A stretch of 63,078 nt of DNA, the filler included, from Octopus bimaculoides (Eukaryota): assembly GCF_001194135.2 (NCBI RefSeq). It is 5 parts of 5 records of this genome, joined end to end, with 100 filler letters (N's around TTAATTAATTAA, not from the genome) between each part and the next. Parts side by side here need not be neighbours in the genome. Positions count along the whole stretch, not along the records: positions 1 to 19,144 come from NC_068985.1; positions 19,245 to 31,402 come from NC_068981.1; 3 more parts are not named here. One strand, 5' to 3'. Positions 13,733 through 25,866 of this stretch are shown here, in pieces. The first letter of the stretch is position 1. Every line of letters starts with the position of its first letter. The notes beneath the pieces were generated by a model. The model saw nothing but the letters and a program-made list of their open reading frames with translations. It was not told the DNA's origin and ran no database searches. The position numbers and the translations under genes are program-made.

Positions 13733-15438
13733 TTTATTGTAGAAACAGACTTTCAAGATGCTCACCGAAAATAAATGAAAATATGAAAGGTATATCCAGA
13801 AGTAGATGTAGCTATTACCTTTGTGAATAGGTGAACACACAATGCTACGTCTTGTGTTGAAATAGAAAGACGAAATGTGAATGTGGAAAACTGGGAAGCA
13901 CAGATTTCAAATATCAGCAAATGCCAAGCTAATTCCCTATATTATTAATGACTGCAAGAAATGCAATCGTGTTGTAGACTTGTAATTTATTTCATGGCGC
14001 TCTTTGTAATAAATTTAAAGTTTATTGTAGTGTCCGTGTTAATGTATATATAATTGTTGCTTGGAGGTCTTTATACTGTTGTAGTTGATTGGAATAATCG
14101 ATTGCGATAATGTTTAAACACGATTACATTACCAATAAAAGCAAGGCGAATGCAATGTATAATGTGTAAGTACCTCCTTATTGATACATATAACGAACCA
14201 TATACAAAGGCACACACATTTACGTACATTGTATATGCATATATTGTTTTACATGTCAAGCGCTGAGTTTTTATGTAGGTATATACATTTCTGCATACAA
14301 ATTAGAAGAAGCATATTCATTATGAAATACCTGTAATGCATGTGCGATGATATATACTGACCACGGCTGGAGGGAAGTGTTCATGTCCGGACAATAGTTT
14401 ATGTAGATGCGCAAACATGTGTAAATTGTCTTTCAACTTCTACTAAAGCTATGTTTCCTTGTTTTTCTTTTTTTTCTTCAAATATTGTTTATATATTCAT
14501 AATTGTTTTTATAGTATTAATTGCACGTTCCTTTAACAACTGCTTTGCAATACTTCATCCTTTTTCCTGTCAGCTTCGAATTTTACATTTTCTGCTGTTC
14601 TAGAACATGGCTTTGTATATCTATACATTTTTGTCATGTTAACTTGTAGAATGCATATTTTTAAAAAAATTCCAACAATGCGCTTCAGAGGGTGAACAAT
14701 ACGATGACTTCAAAATTTATATGAAGAGGAAAGTGGTGGGCTCACACACATGCATACGAAAGCAGATCACATGTAAATCTAAAAAATGAAATTTGAATTT
14801 TCGAAAATGTTATGGTTGTATAAATTAGTATGTAGGCGGGGTCACCACTCTTTGTTTTGTATCAAATTTCGATATAATCGTAACTTATATACACTCTCAG
14901 AGGTATTTGCAGGTATTTGGATATCTTGTTTTTTTTTTTCGAGAGTTATGAGGAGACAAAACTGTCGCGGTTGAATTTACTTAAACTCCTCTCACGCTCC
15001 TTGCAAAAATATTTTTTAATTTATATTCGGATATGACTGTAATATACAACATCGGAAGTGTAACTGTAAATTTGATTAAAAATTATCCATTATTCTCGAC
15101 ATTTTGACGAAAGAAATTAGGTGGAGCACACACCTGTAGATATGCCCATTACTTTAACATAACTAAGACAAAGATTACATTACTTTTATAAATCTGCATA
15201 GCAGCTTGTTTCGTTTCACTTTCATCTTGTATGAAACAGTTTTTGATTATATAACAGTATGTCATATTTATAAAAACAATACACTTTTGTTGTTTGATTT
15301 GCATCAAATTGCGGCTATTATGCGAATGAGATGGGTTTAATGTTTCACTTCACAAAAATTATTAAGGAAAAAAAGTATCTACGACTATGCTGTGCTCATT
15401 AACGAATACACATTGTATTAAAAACGGCATCTAATGCT

Positions 15439-15469
<31 letters not shown>

Positions 15470-16273
15470 TACATATATATATATANNNNNNNNNNNNNNN
15501 NNNNNNNNNNNNNNNNNNNNNNNNNNNNNNNNNNNNNNNNNNNNNNNNNNNNNNNNNNNNNNNNNNNNNNNNNNNNNNNNNNNNNNNNNNNNNNNNNNNN
15601 NNNNNNNNNNNNNNNNNNNNNNNNNNNNNNNNNNNNNNNNNNNNNNNNNNNNNNNNNNNNNNNNNNNNNNNNNNNNNNNNNNNNNNNNNNNNNNNNNNNN
15701 NNNNNNNNNNNNNNNNNNNNNNNNNNNNNNNNNNNNNNNNNNNNNNNNNNNNNNNNNNNNNNNNNNNNNNNNNNNNNNNNNNNNNNNNNNNNNNNNNNNN
15801 NNNNNNNNNNNNNNNNNNNNNNNNNNNNNNNNNNNNNNNNNNNNNNNNNNNNNNNNNNNNNNNNNNNNNNNNNNNNNNNNNNNNNNNNNNNNNNNNNNNN
15901 NNNNNNNNNNNNNNNNNNNNNNNNNNNNNNNNNNNNNNNNNNNNNNNNNNNNNNNNNNNNNNNNNNNNNNNNNNNNNNNNNNNNNNNNNNNNNNNNNNNN
16001 NNNNNNNNNNNNNNNNNNNNNNNNNNNNNNNNNNNNNNNNNNNNNNNNNNNNNNNNNNNNNNNNNNNNNNNNNNNNNNNNNNNNNNNNNNNNNNNNNNNN
16101 NNNNNNNNNNNNNNNNNNNNNNNNNNNNNNNNNNNNNNNNNNNNNNNNNNNNNNNNNNNNNNNNNNNNNNNNNNNNNNNNNNNNNNNNNNNNNNNNNNNN
16201 NNNNNNNNNNNNNNNNNNNNNNNNNNNNNNNNNNNNNNNNNNNNNNNNNNNNNNNNNNNNNNNNNNNNNNNNN

Positions 16274-16310
<37 letters not shown>

Positions 16311-19108
16311 GTATGTATTATTTTGTATATGCAGGTCATGACCGTATAATTCCATTTCAATACGATTTCATCTTCATTATTGACGTTCGAACTTCCTTCA
16401 TTTTACATATCTTGCCACCGTTAATCCCACATTCATGCACTATGAATGCATCTTCATATACTGTATAAGAATACAAGATACAATATCAAATGAAACATGC
16501 CCATTTAAACATAATTTTTTAGCAGCAGTATACAATCAAGCAAGCGCGCACCCACACACGTAAACACATATGTAAATATATGTATCTGGGTGAAAAGGAA
16601 ATCCTGTCGCATTTTAACATGATCCTCTTTTGACTACACTTTAAAACTTACAGTAAAATGACCATTTAATTTTAAATTCTGATGGGTTCCTTTATTTATG
16701 AATTACTTTAATATGATCGTAGTTAACTTAGTATCGAAGTTGCCTTTTCAAATATTTTGGACAAAACATATATCAGATGCAGAATACGGTATGAATTACC
16801 ACCCCACCGACCAAAAGCGGCCAGCCAAGAATGTTTTTGTCACTTCACGTCAGCTCTCGCAATCACATCCTAATCTAGCTAAAAACGGGACGAGATCGTT
16901 CATATCTATAACATATTGAACGACATTGATACACAAATCACCCGATTCTCCTGCATCCTAGGACTCAATGGTTACCCAGTTTTACTTAGTAAAACTCTTC
17001 ACGTATACAAGACACATAAACGAGGTAAGAGCACGTGTTTGGAGATCATATTTCACTTCAGCTAGCTGACATCCACTGTCATCCTGAATGCCATCTGCAA
17101 GGGTAGACTCGATCAAACACACTGGGGTCCGTTTATAAGGAGACGCCTGTCAGCGAAAAAGTTTCCCAATCAAAAAGCTTCGCCCCTTCTATAATTTTGC
17201 TATTTTACCTCTTTATCGCATTACTTGAAGCAAGCTGCAACGCCATACATGTGTGTGTGTGCGTGTGTATGTGTGTGTGTTTGTGAGTGTGTGTGTGTGT
17301 GTTTGTGTGTGTGTATGTGTGTGTGTGTGTGTTTGTGCGTGCACGCGCGCGTTTTTATGAGAGTTTATGAATTTTTGTATGTACATACAGAGAACCCTGC
17401 AACCACAGCTGGTGAAAACCTACAAATAATTTGGTTTCTACCAAATACACTGAAACGCTACCGTCATATGTAATTTTATATTTTTTGCGACAATCGGCAT
17501 GACACTACAACCTATGAAACACCATTCAATCTTACATAATTTGAAGTTTATAATCAGGGAGCAATTGCTTGCCATATTTGAATATTTAACACCCTACAAT
17601 GGACGTTGTATTTCGCTAAGTGACCTATATTTGCATCTACTACAGAAAACCAAGGAGGTCTATTCAAACAAATGACCTTTTTATTCCTGATATCTAATGA
17701 AGACCAGAGAGCTCTACATTACCATATTGGAAATAGTAGATGCATATCCATATTGTATCCTAGACTATTAGTTAATGACCTGTTTTTTTATTATTACAAC
17801 TTTTTACTTGGAAAATATATTTCTAAATTTCGAAAGTTTAGTTCATATTTTAAACGAAGTTGCATTGGAATTTTCACTTCATTGGATTTGAGTAATTGCT
17901 TGCACAGACACCTGTATATAAGTTAATATTTTTGTGTCTGTCTGTTTGTAATCCTGTCTATGCATGCAGCTGTATTCTGTGTTGATTGTACAAATGTGTT
18001 CGTGCATTTTTCCAAGCTCGCTCTTTCTTGCAAAAGTCTTAAATGACAAGAAATAATTTTGTACATTGTTCGAAAATATTTATTTAGACTCATTTATTAC
18101 TTATATCTGATATGCAAAAATATATATATATATTATCAATATAAAAAATACAAATAATTTATAACAATACATTTTGTTTTTGTTTATGTTTGAGTACGCC
18201 TGCAATACAAAAACTAATACCAGTCAAATTCTTAATTCTATATCGTTCTCTCCTCGCCAGATCACTTGTGTCTCTTTAGCCACTTCTTTCCCACAAGTAG
18301 CACACTTCAATGGTAAACGAAGAAGAGTCTATTGCTTTTTCACAAAGTATGTATCATATATTACATAAAATAGTAATGTTAGTTATGCATATTTGCGGTA
18401 GATTCGTTGAAACGTTGGGCAAAATACTTCGAGGGTTTCTTAACTGTCCCTCTTTACGATGTGACTTCAAATTCTGTCGAGGTCGGCTTTACATTTAAAT
18501 CTTGTGAGATCGATAATACAATTCGATTTGAAAACTGAGGCAACTGCAATCGACTTGCACTCTCCACCACAATTGCTAGCATTATGCCAAAATTTACGCA
18601 ACAATCTCCAAGATTTCATAGAGATGCCATCTCATATCTGTGGAACACCTCTGCTGTCAGTTTTTGTTAGGACAGTATTTCTTCTCCTACATTTGTCCTT
18701 CATTCTCATTTTGACGGACGTTACATATGTGCTCCAATTAAGTGACGTCCTTACATGACATATATTTAGGGATCATTGCAGCTTTCAATATCATTACATT
18801 TAAAAATAAGCTTAAATTGAAGGATTCATTTCATTTCCCCGAAAGTAAGGACGAAAGACCGAATTTATGTAATAAGACGTGAGAAGGTATGGCACAATTA
18901 TTAGCATTATTGAATGATTTATCTCCCTGTTGTAATCAGTGTAGCGATGTTTGAACCGTACGTTATTCTTTCTATTTCTTTATCTGTATATCTGTCTGTC
19001 TGTCGGTGTATCTGCCTATTGGTATATGTGCTTGTGTACCTGTGTACATATGTGTCTGACAGTATATAAATACATAGAGATAGATAGTATGCATAGGTGT
19101 ATGTATAC

Positions 19109-19144
<36 letters not shown>

Positions 19145-19188
19145 NNNNNNNNNNNNNNNNNNNNNNNNNNNNNNNNNNNNNNNNNNNN

Positions 19189-19200
19189 TTAATTAATTAA
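19189..19200. other. Assembly spacer 44N-TTAATTAATTAA-44N (also 31447-31458, 45099-45110, 58233-58244)
   Basis: The same 12-mer (stops in all six frames) is centred in 100-bp N spacers four times. Confidence 0.95.
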
Positions 19201-19406
19201 NNNNNNNNNNNNNNNNNNNNNNNNNNNNNNNNNNNNNNNNNNNNAGTAAACGCAATTTTAAAAATCTAATTACTGCACTGGAAAGATCAGATCGAGAAAA
19301 TTCCATTGATGTAAACATTTTTACGAAAAAGTGGAAAATGTGGATTTCTATAAACTTTCAAAAAGGCTTCACACAAACACACAATTTCAGATTTATATAT
19401 TAAGAT

Positions 19407-19630
19407 ATGTATGTGTGTCTGTGTTTGTCCCCCCACCATCGCTTGACAACCGATGCTGGTGTGTTTACGTCCCCATAACTTAGCGGTTCGGCAAAAAGAG
19501 ACCGATAGAATAAGTACTAGGCTTACAAAGAATGAGTACTGGGGTCGATTTTCTTGACTAAAAGGCGGTGCTCAAGCATGGCCACAGTCAAATGACTGAG
19601 ACAAGTAAAAGAGTAGAGTAAAAGAGAGTA
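19407..19630 (+). mobile_element. 3' half of SINE family A
   Basis: Near-identical to 27430-27640, ending in (GAGTAAAA)n. Confidence 0.85.
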
Positions 19631-20119
19631 TATATCCATATTTATATTTTTACTAAATATGTAGGTATGCAGACATATACACTCTCACACATATATACAT
19701 GCACATACACTCATACATATACTCATAGCACATATATAAATACATGTGTATACGTTAATAGACATTTATGACCATCTACTTATACGCATAAACACATGTT
19801 CACACACACGCACAAGAGCATACATATCCCAAAACATATATAGATGCAAACACATACTTACATACACAGATACACATTTACTTAAGTACATATACACATT
19901 TATATCCGGAAATATATTACATAGGATGAAAGGAAAAGAAAAAGTATAGAAAGATAGGGAGGGGGAAAGAGAAAACAAGGTAAAAAGGAGAGAGAGGGAG
20001 GAGAGAGTAATAGGCAAAATTATATAGATAAAGGTAGGAAGAGAAAAAAGAAGAGAAGAATAAAGTTATGGGAAGTAAGATAGAAGAATAAAGAAAAGAA
20101 TTTGCAGAAAATTATTATT

Positions 20120-21000
20120 AAGTAATGGGTTGATACTATTTGAAAAACTGAAGAAATGTTTTTTCCAGTGTATACACTTGTAAACTTTCTTGGTAAACCT
20201 GTTTACCAGGTTATGTTTAGAAAAGAGAATAAAAAATTGCTTTTTCCTACATAGAAAATAAAAAGATTTCCCTTTATCATAGGGAAAAGATATAGATAAA
20301 ATTTTCCATTCCAAAGAAGGTGCCAGATTAGTTTACTAAGTCCAGTGGAGTTAAGCTTTTGATTGTATTTGAAGGTAGAAAAATGGTTAGCCAGTCTGGA
20401 TTTCAAAAACGTAGGGGATACACCTATATAAAAAAATTCCTTGCTACCAGAGGTAACACTGCATTGGTATATGGTATTTTTAATTTGGCAGTTTCCATTT
20501 AGGACACAGGTTTTATTAGGGCCACAACTGCAAATGCTGGTTACATTGATGTTATCATTTAAGGAGAGATTATCGTTAATATTATTGTTAGTGTTAATAA
20601 GGTTACTAGAATTATTAGGAGAGAAATTGTAACATTTTAGGATATGACTGTTATGTGAAGTTATAATTTGTGAGACGTTGTTTGTGTTAGACAAACCTAC
20701 TCTGATACAGTGTATGTTGAAAACCGAGTGGTACCTTGAATAAATCGGAAAGTTTCTTTCTATAGCTTGACGAAATAAGAGGGGAAGGTTACTTTTTACT
20801 TGTTTACTGTACGAAATAATCAACCAAATATTTTTATTAGGGTTGTGTGATTGTTTGCGAGATTTATTATTTAAAAACTTAGTGTTATTATTGTAGCTTA
20901 AAAAGGAAGAGGAAGCATGGTTACTTCCCTTTGACTGTTTATTTTTAGGATTACGAGGGTAAGGAGAATGGTTACTTTGATGAAATTGGGTATTGTTTAG
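20120..21000 (-). mobile_element. Penelope-like element, GIY-YIG endonuclease C-terminal fragment (Neptune-type Cys pattern)
   Basis: ORF 20203-21123: CSCGPNKTCVLNGNC…TIYQCSV…FYIGVS…KSRLANHFSTF…NSTGLSKLIW; continues after a frameshift as EWKIL…LCRKK…CIH. Confidence 0.85.
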
Positions 21001-21133
21001 AATATTGACAATAGAAAGAGCAAGATAAGTTCTCTTGTTGTTATTGTGTCTATTACTCTTATTAATGTTATTACTACTGTATGTAATGTATGTATATGAG
21101 TGCGTGCTTGCCCGTGTGTGCATGCATGTATGT

Positions 21134-21174
<41 letters not shown>

Positions 21175-21194
21175 CGCGTTCTCTTTCTCTTTTT

Positions 21195-21690
21195 AATTTA
21201 ACGTAAATTCTGACCAGCCACCTGCTTGGTAACAAAGTCTTGGAGGAAAGCATCTTGTTTAGTTCATCATCCTTTAAATCTTAAGAAGGTCTCACAGGTT
21301 TTATAGTCTCAGATATCATGATCATTTGTAGTGTATGATTTGAGGATTTGCATCCTCTCTCCAAGAACCCAAGTTCAGCCATATTTTGCTCCAGATGAGT
21401 CGCTATATATCCTGTTACTCTAATAATGATAAGGATAATTCTCAAAGTGTATCTTGGGTAGTGGATTTTCAAACTCTTCATCAATGGTCAATGGATGTCC
21501 TCTTTCTTTTGTATTTTCCAAACCATATTGGTGCTCAGAGGGTAGCTGACTTCCACAACAGAACATATCTTTTCCTTGTGGTCCCACACAGCAATATTTG
21601 GCTGGTTATGTTTCAACTTGGTGACTGTTATAATTTTTAAGTCTTACAAATATTCTTGTGACCAATCGGTTTCAATATAGCCAACTTTAT
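21195..21690 (-). mobile_element. R4/Dong-type non-LTR retrotransposon 3' fragment (restriction-like endonuclease), decayed
   Basis: KLKHNQPNIAVWDHKEKICSVVEVSYPL…KIQKKEDIH*PL…IILIIIRVTGY is a decayed PD…D/E…K RLE motif. Confidence 0.7.
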
Positions 21691-22664
21691 CTGTAGTACA
21701 TTCAATGATGATGATGATAACAATGATATGTATGTGTGTGTGTGTATACATGTGTGATTGGTTATGGTTCTTAGTCAAAAAACAAAATGCACTTGACTAT
21801 GAATATGGAGAACTAGTACAAGAGAATTTATTGACTATCATACTAACAAACAATAACCATGAATTAGAGTTTCATCCGATGATCATATCATAGATGGAAG
21901 CTCAACTCTGCCCCTTCCAACAAAAATTGAGTTGTATGGAAATCCTGTGTACAAAGCCTATTGGTGACAGGAGAAACTTATTATTTTATGGCAACATGTT
22001 GTCATTATTATGAGTTTAGAGACAATCGACTGAGAGTCAAAAAGTTATTTCCTTTGATCAAGAAAAAGTCAGTTTAAAAATCCAGGTCAGAAGTAATGCA
22101 ACATTATAAGTATAGAAAGAAAAAAAGATAGAGAGACAGTGAGAGATAAATAAATAAACAAATACTGAATAAAAGTACAAAAATATTCTAATGAAAGGCT
22201 GAATGGAAAGTCAACTATGAGAAGCAATCATGGGGAGAGGAAACAATGATGTCATTTCCCAAAGGCAGCTTGGGCAAGTATTTTTATTGCGTAAATAAGG
22301 TGTAAATGTTTCCAGCTTGGTATTTAGGTACATTATGTGTGTGAGGCAAACCCAACTACCTGTCTCTTCTCCACTGAACATAATCTGCATTGAAAGAACA
22401 GAAGTGAATTCTGAATGCAAAAACTTGTAGGAATGTAAATTTTAAAAAATTAACATTTTCCTAAGGAGGAAAAAAATTATAATTATTGCTAATAGTACAG
22501 GGCAGTAACTCAGGGCTAAGAAGAAAAGAGTTATAGCCCTGACGAAAGAAAAGATAAAGGACCCAGTTAAAAATGAGAAAAGCTGAAAAGAGAGGTAGAG
22601 AGTTGCAATAAAGGACAAGAAGGAAGTTAGACAGACAAACCAACAAAGGGAAGGAAGGAGAGGG

Positions 22665-22735
22665 AAAGAAATGAAGTAAGAAAAGAAATGAAGTAAGAAA
22701 AGAAATGAAGTAAGAAAAGAAATGAAGTAAGAAAA
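22665..22735 (+). repeat. 17-bp tandem repeat (aaagaaatgaagtaaga) x4
   Basis: Directly visible. Confidence 0.9.
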
Positions 22736-24068
22736 GAAAGAAGGTAAAAATGAAGGGCAAAAGGGAATAAGCAAGAGAGAGGAGGATAAAAGGGGAAAGG
22801 AAGGGGCAAAGAAAAGATAGTTTGAAAGAATGCATGTAGTACGAGCCATGAGAAGCAACAGGGAAGGAAGGACCATTGTTGTTAACTCACCTATTGCAGC
22901 TTGGACCAATGTTTGATGATAAACATTTGCTCATCCAAACAAAATGTAAAAGTTACAAATTTGGCATTTAGGTATGAGCGAGTTCTTAAGTATCTGCCTC
23001 TTCTGAAGGCTGTTTTAAAATAAAAACATGAAATAAAGTTTGAAGCTTGTTCATTATTTATGGCATGGCTTCTACAAATCAAGCAAAGCTAAGATAGATT
23101 CTTATACACTACCAGTTATTACTGGTGATAATTTTTAATACACTGATTTCTTTTACTTGTGTCATGCTCATTCATATAAACTGTTCAGTGGTTTTAAATG
23201 TGCAAAAGCTCCAATGTGTTATTAATACAAAGGTGAATTCCAGTCTTTGGTGTACACCTGACATCTTTTCGTGGCATGGCAAGATGGATTTCAATCTCTT
23301 GGTGTGCCAGCATAGAAAAGTTTGTCTACTTTATTGTAAAGTGATCTTTGATTCCATTTATTTCAATTTATGATTTCTTTAATGTAATTTAATAGACATC
23401 TCTCAAAATAAACTACTGTCTAGTCTGATCTTTATTAGTTGACAAATCATTAAAAGAACCAAACTTTCATTTTTTTTTTTTCTTCAGTTTAACCTTGCTT
23501 CCTAAAATCTTAGACATCTCAGCACCATTGTAACTAAGAATAGATAAGCTTGGTTTTCAGATGAATAATTGACTCTTTCACCAGTTATGAAAATTGATGA
23601 ATGTTTGGGAATATCAACTTGTGGAATCAAGTACTTTAAAACCCGAGTATCTAACAATAGCAACTCTTTATCCAAACTTCAAGTGGATGCCATCCACTTC
23701 CAGTATCTACCTACTCTGTTAAAGACACATGAGTTTTACATCCAATAGCCTTTAGGCACAAAAAAAAAAAAACAGTAAGTAGGCATAACTACAGAGTGGT
23801 ACTCCCACCCCAATTTTGTTAGTTCATAACTTCCATAAAAATGCAGTTTTTAATGAAGTTTTACAGATACATTTTCTTGTGTGTATATCATGATTATGCT
23901 GGTATAACAGAGATTTTTTTTTTCTGATCAATCTTCCTCACTGACTTTGTTACTACCAATTTTGATAACTTAAGTATTACAGTTCTATATTTAAGAGATG
24001 AGGAATTATGTACATTATTTACATTATTTACATTTGACGGGATATTTGTCCTCATCTTGTTTGTTGTT

Positions 24069-24114
24069 AACACAACGTTTCGACTGATATACCCTCCAGC
24101 CTTCATCGGGTGTC
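24069..24114 (-). ncRNA. Minimal type I hammerhead ribozyme, left arm (core U4>C)
   Basis: GACAC-CcGAUGA-A-GGCUG(gagggtatat)CAGUC-GAAAC-GUU-GUGUU; stems I and II pair. Confidence 0.7.
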
Positions 24115-24444
24115 TTGGGGAAATTTCGAACCTGGGTTCTCATTCCTAAGGTATTTTTTGATGTTATTATTATTATTACTATTCAGGTCACTGCCTGGAA
24201 TCGAACTCGGAATCTTGGGGTTAGTAGCCCGTGCTCTTAACCACTATGCCATATGGCGCAGTGGTTAAGAGCGCGGGCTACTAACCCCAAGATTCCAAGT
24301 TCGATTCCAGGCAGTGACCTGAATAATAATAATGATAATAATAATAATAATAATGATGTTGATAATAATGATAATGATAATAATAATAATAACAACATCG
24401 AAAAATACTTTAGGAATGAAAACCCAGGTTCGAAATTTCCCAAA

Positions 24445-24490
24445 GACACCTGATGAAGGCCGGAGGGTATATCAGCCAAAACATTGTGTT
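24445..24490 (+). ncRNA. Minimal type I hammerhead ribozyme, right arm (G12>A)
   Basis: GACAC-CUGAUGA-A-GGCcG(gagggtatat)CAGCC-aAAAC-aUU-GUGUU. Confidence 0.7.
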
Positions 24491-24970
24491 AACAACAAAC
24501 AAGATGAGGACAAATATCTGTCAAATGTAAATAATTTAAATAATGTAAATAATGAACTTAAGTATTGTCACTTTTGTTTTTTCTAATTTATATGTTTGAA
24601 ACATTAACATTATGAAATCTACACTCTCAAAAGTGCATTTCTGTACAATTCTATTTAAAAAAGATCCCCTTTTAAAGAGAGTTATGTGAAGTCAATGCCA
24701 GGAGGTGGGGGATCATCTGAAATTTCTTAAGAATTTAAAAAATTAATGTTACTAACATAACTGTGCTCTATGCCATTGGAAGCATATATCTACAAAATTT
24801 CATTCTGTGATAAACATTTTCATGAAAGTTACAAGCAAACAAAGTTGGTGGGTACCAGCATATAGTTATGTCAGTAAAATGTTTATATCCAAGTTTATTT
24901 CTTCACAACTTTTGAACACCTTTGCAATGTGATCAAACTTTCAAACAAATGTCTTGATTTTAAAATTGCT

Positions 24971-25130
24971 TAAGTCATTTGACACCAACTTGCCTGAGAC
25001 TGCACTGGGTTCTATGATACAAACTTCCACTTTGAAAGTGATCTAAATTAAAACCTTCAATCAAAATTTCATGTTCTAAACACCAGATTAACTACAAAGT
25101 TATTTTACTAAATTATTTATGATTTTCAAA
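24971..25130 (+). mobile_element. Partial MITE-like repeat starting at TTAA
   Basis: ttaagtcatttgacaccaacttgcctgagactgc…ctaaattaaaaccttc resembles a TTAA-flanked octopus MITE family recalled from memory; right end absent. Confidence 0.35.
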
Positions 25131-25134
25131 AGTT

Positions 25135-25390
25135 ACTTTACTCCTAGAATAATTCTAAAGGCAACTGATTTGCCATTTGAATTTTGAATTTCTCATTAGA
25201 CTCAGTTTTGTTATAATCACTAATGAATCTGAAGAACAATCATTAAAAGTTCTTAGAGAAAATCTTACCGACACTGTCTTTTCACAAGATCAGTTTCATC
25301 TTTGTCTGTCAAGAGTAGAGAATCCTAATTGTCACTCTATTCTAATATCACATAGCAAAACCAAGAATATTGTTTATCCTTGGCTTTTTG
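25135..25390 (+). mobile_element. Helitron PIF1-helicase C-terminal remnant
   Basis: TDLPFEF/FLIRLSFVIITNESEEQSLKV…VFSQDQFHLCLSRV…KTKNIVYP resembles FPxRLxFAxTINKSQGQSL…FSHGQLYVAxSRV…KTKNIVY. Confidence 0.75.
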
Positions 25391-25576
25391 AAGGAACAAA
25401 TAAGTGAATAAGATCAATTTGCACCAATCCCTACTTCAATAACAATTTGCAGAGATTTTAATACTTTACTCATATAGTTTGTAATAAAGGCTGAATTTTC
25501 CATATTACTGCAAAGTGATTTTCAATAAAATACCCAGGCATCTGCAAAGCACTTCAGCTAGTATGTGTATATCTCT

Positions 25577-25620
<44 letters not shown>

Positions 25621-25641
25621 ACACATGTGTGTGTATATATA

Positions 25642-25767
25642 CAGGGTGTCCACAAAGTGTGCATACATGGGGCTTAACACATACTTTAAGAAATTATTAT
25701 TTCTTATATTTAATTGTTTATGTCATGATTTTATTTATTCCATGTACCCAGACCTTGTGGACACCTG
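25642..25767. mobile_element. 126-bp Tc1/mariner-type MITE
   Basis: TA-cagggtgtccacaaagtgtgcatacatgg … ccatgtacccagaccttgtggacacctg-TA (imperfect ~28-bp TIRs). Confidence 0.8.
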
Positions 25768-25795
25768 TATATTTATAAATGTATGTATAAACGTT

Positions 25796-25866
<71 letters not shown>

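Larger units (their letters stand above)
23979..24554. mobile_element. Head-to-head dimer of tRNA-headed, hammerhead-containing element with 12-bp TSD
   Basis: Axis gccat|atggc at 24252/24253. Arms are reverse complements over ~270 bp apart from (AAT)n length. TSD aacttaagtatt at 23967-23978 and 24555-24566. Confidence 0.9.
23782..24872. mobile_element. Non-autonomous DNA-transposon-like element with imperfect TIRs, hosting the palindromic insertion
   Basis: Left ggcataactacagagtggtactcccacc…cataacttccataaaaatg vs reverse complement of right end gacataactatatgctggtacccacc…gtaactttcatgaaaatg. Confidence 0.5.

Noticed and set aside
22665-22735. Short regular repeats (also 54557-54629) as a CRISPR array
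   Set aside because: Tandem with no spacers, eukaryotic context and no cas genes.
24253-24320. tRNA-like sequences (also 27097, 54627, 55640, 60922)
   Set aside because: No complete acceptor stem/cloverleaf, and they continue into repeat bodies; SINE heads, not tRNA genes.
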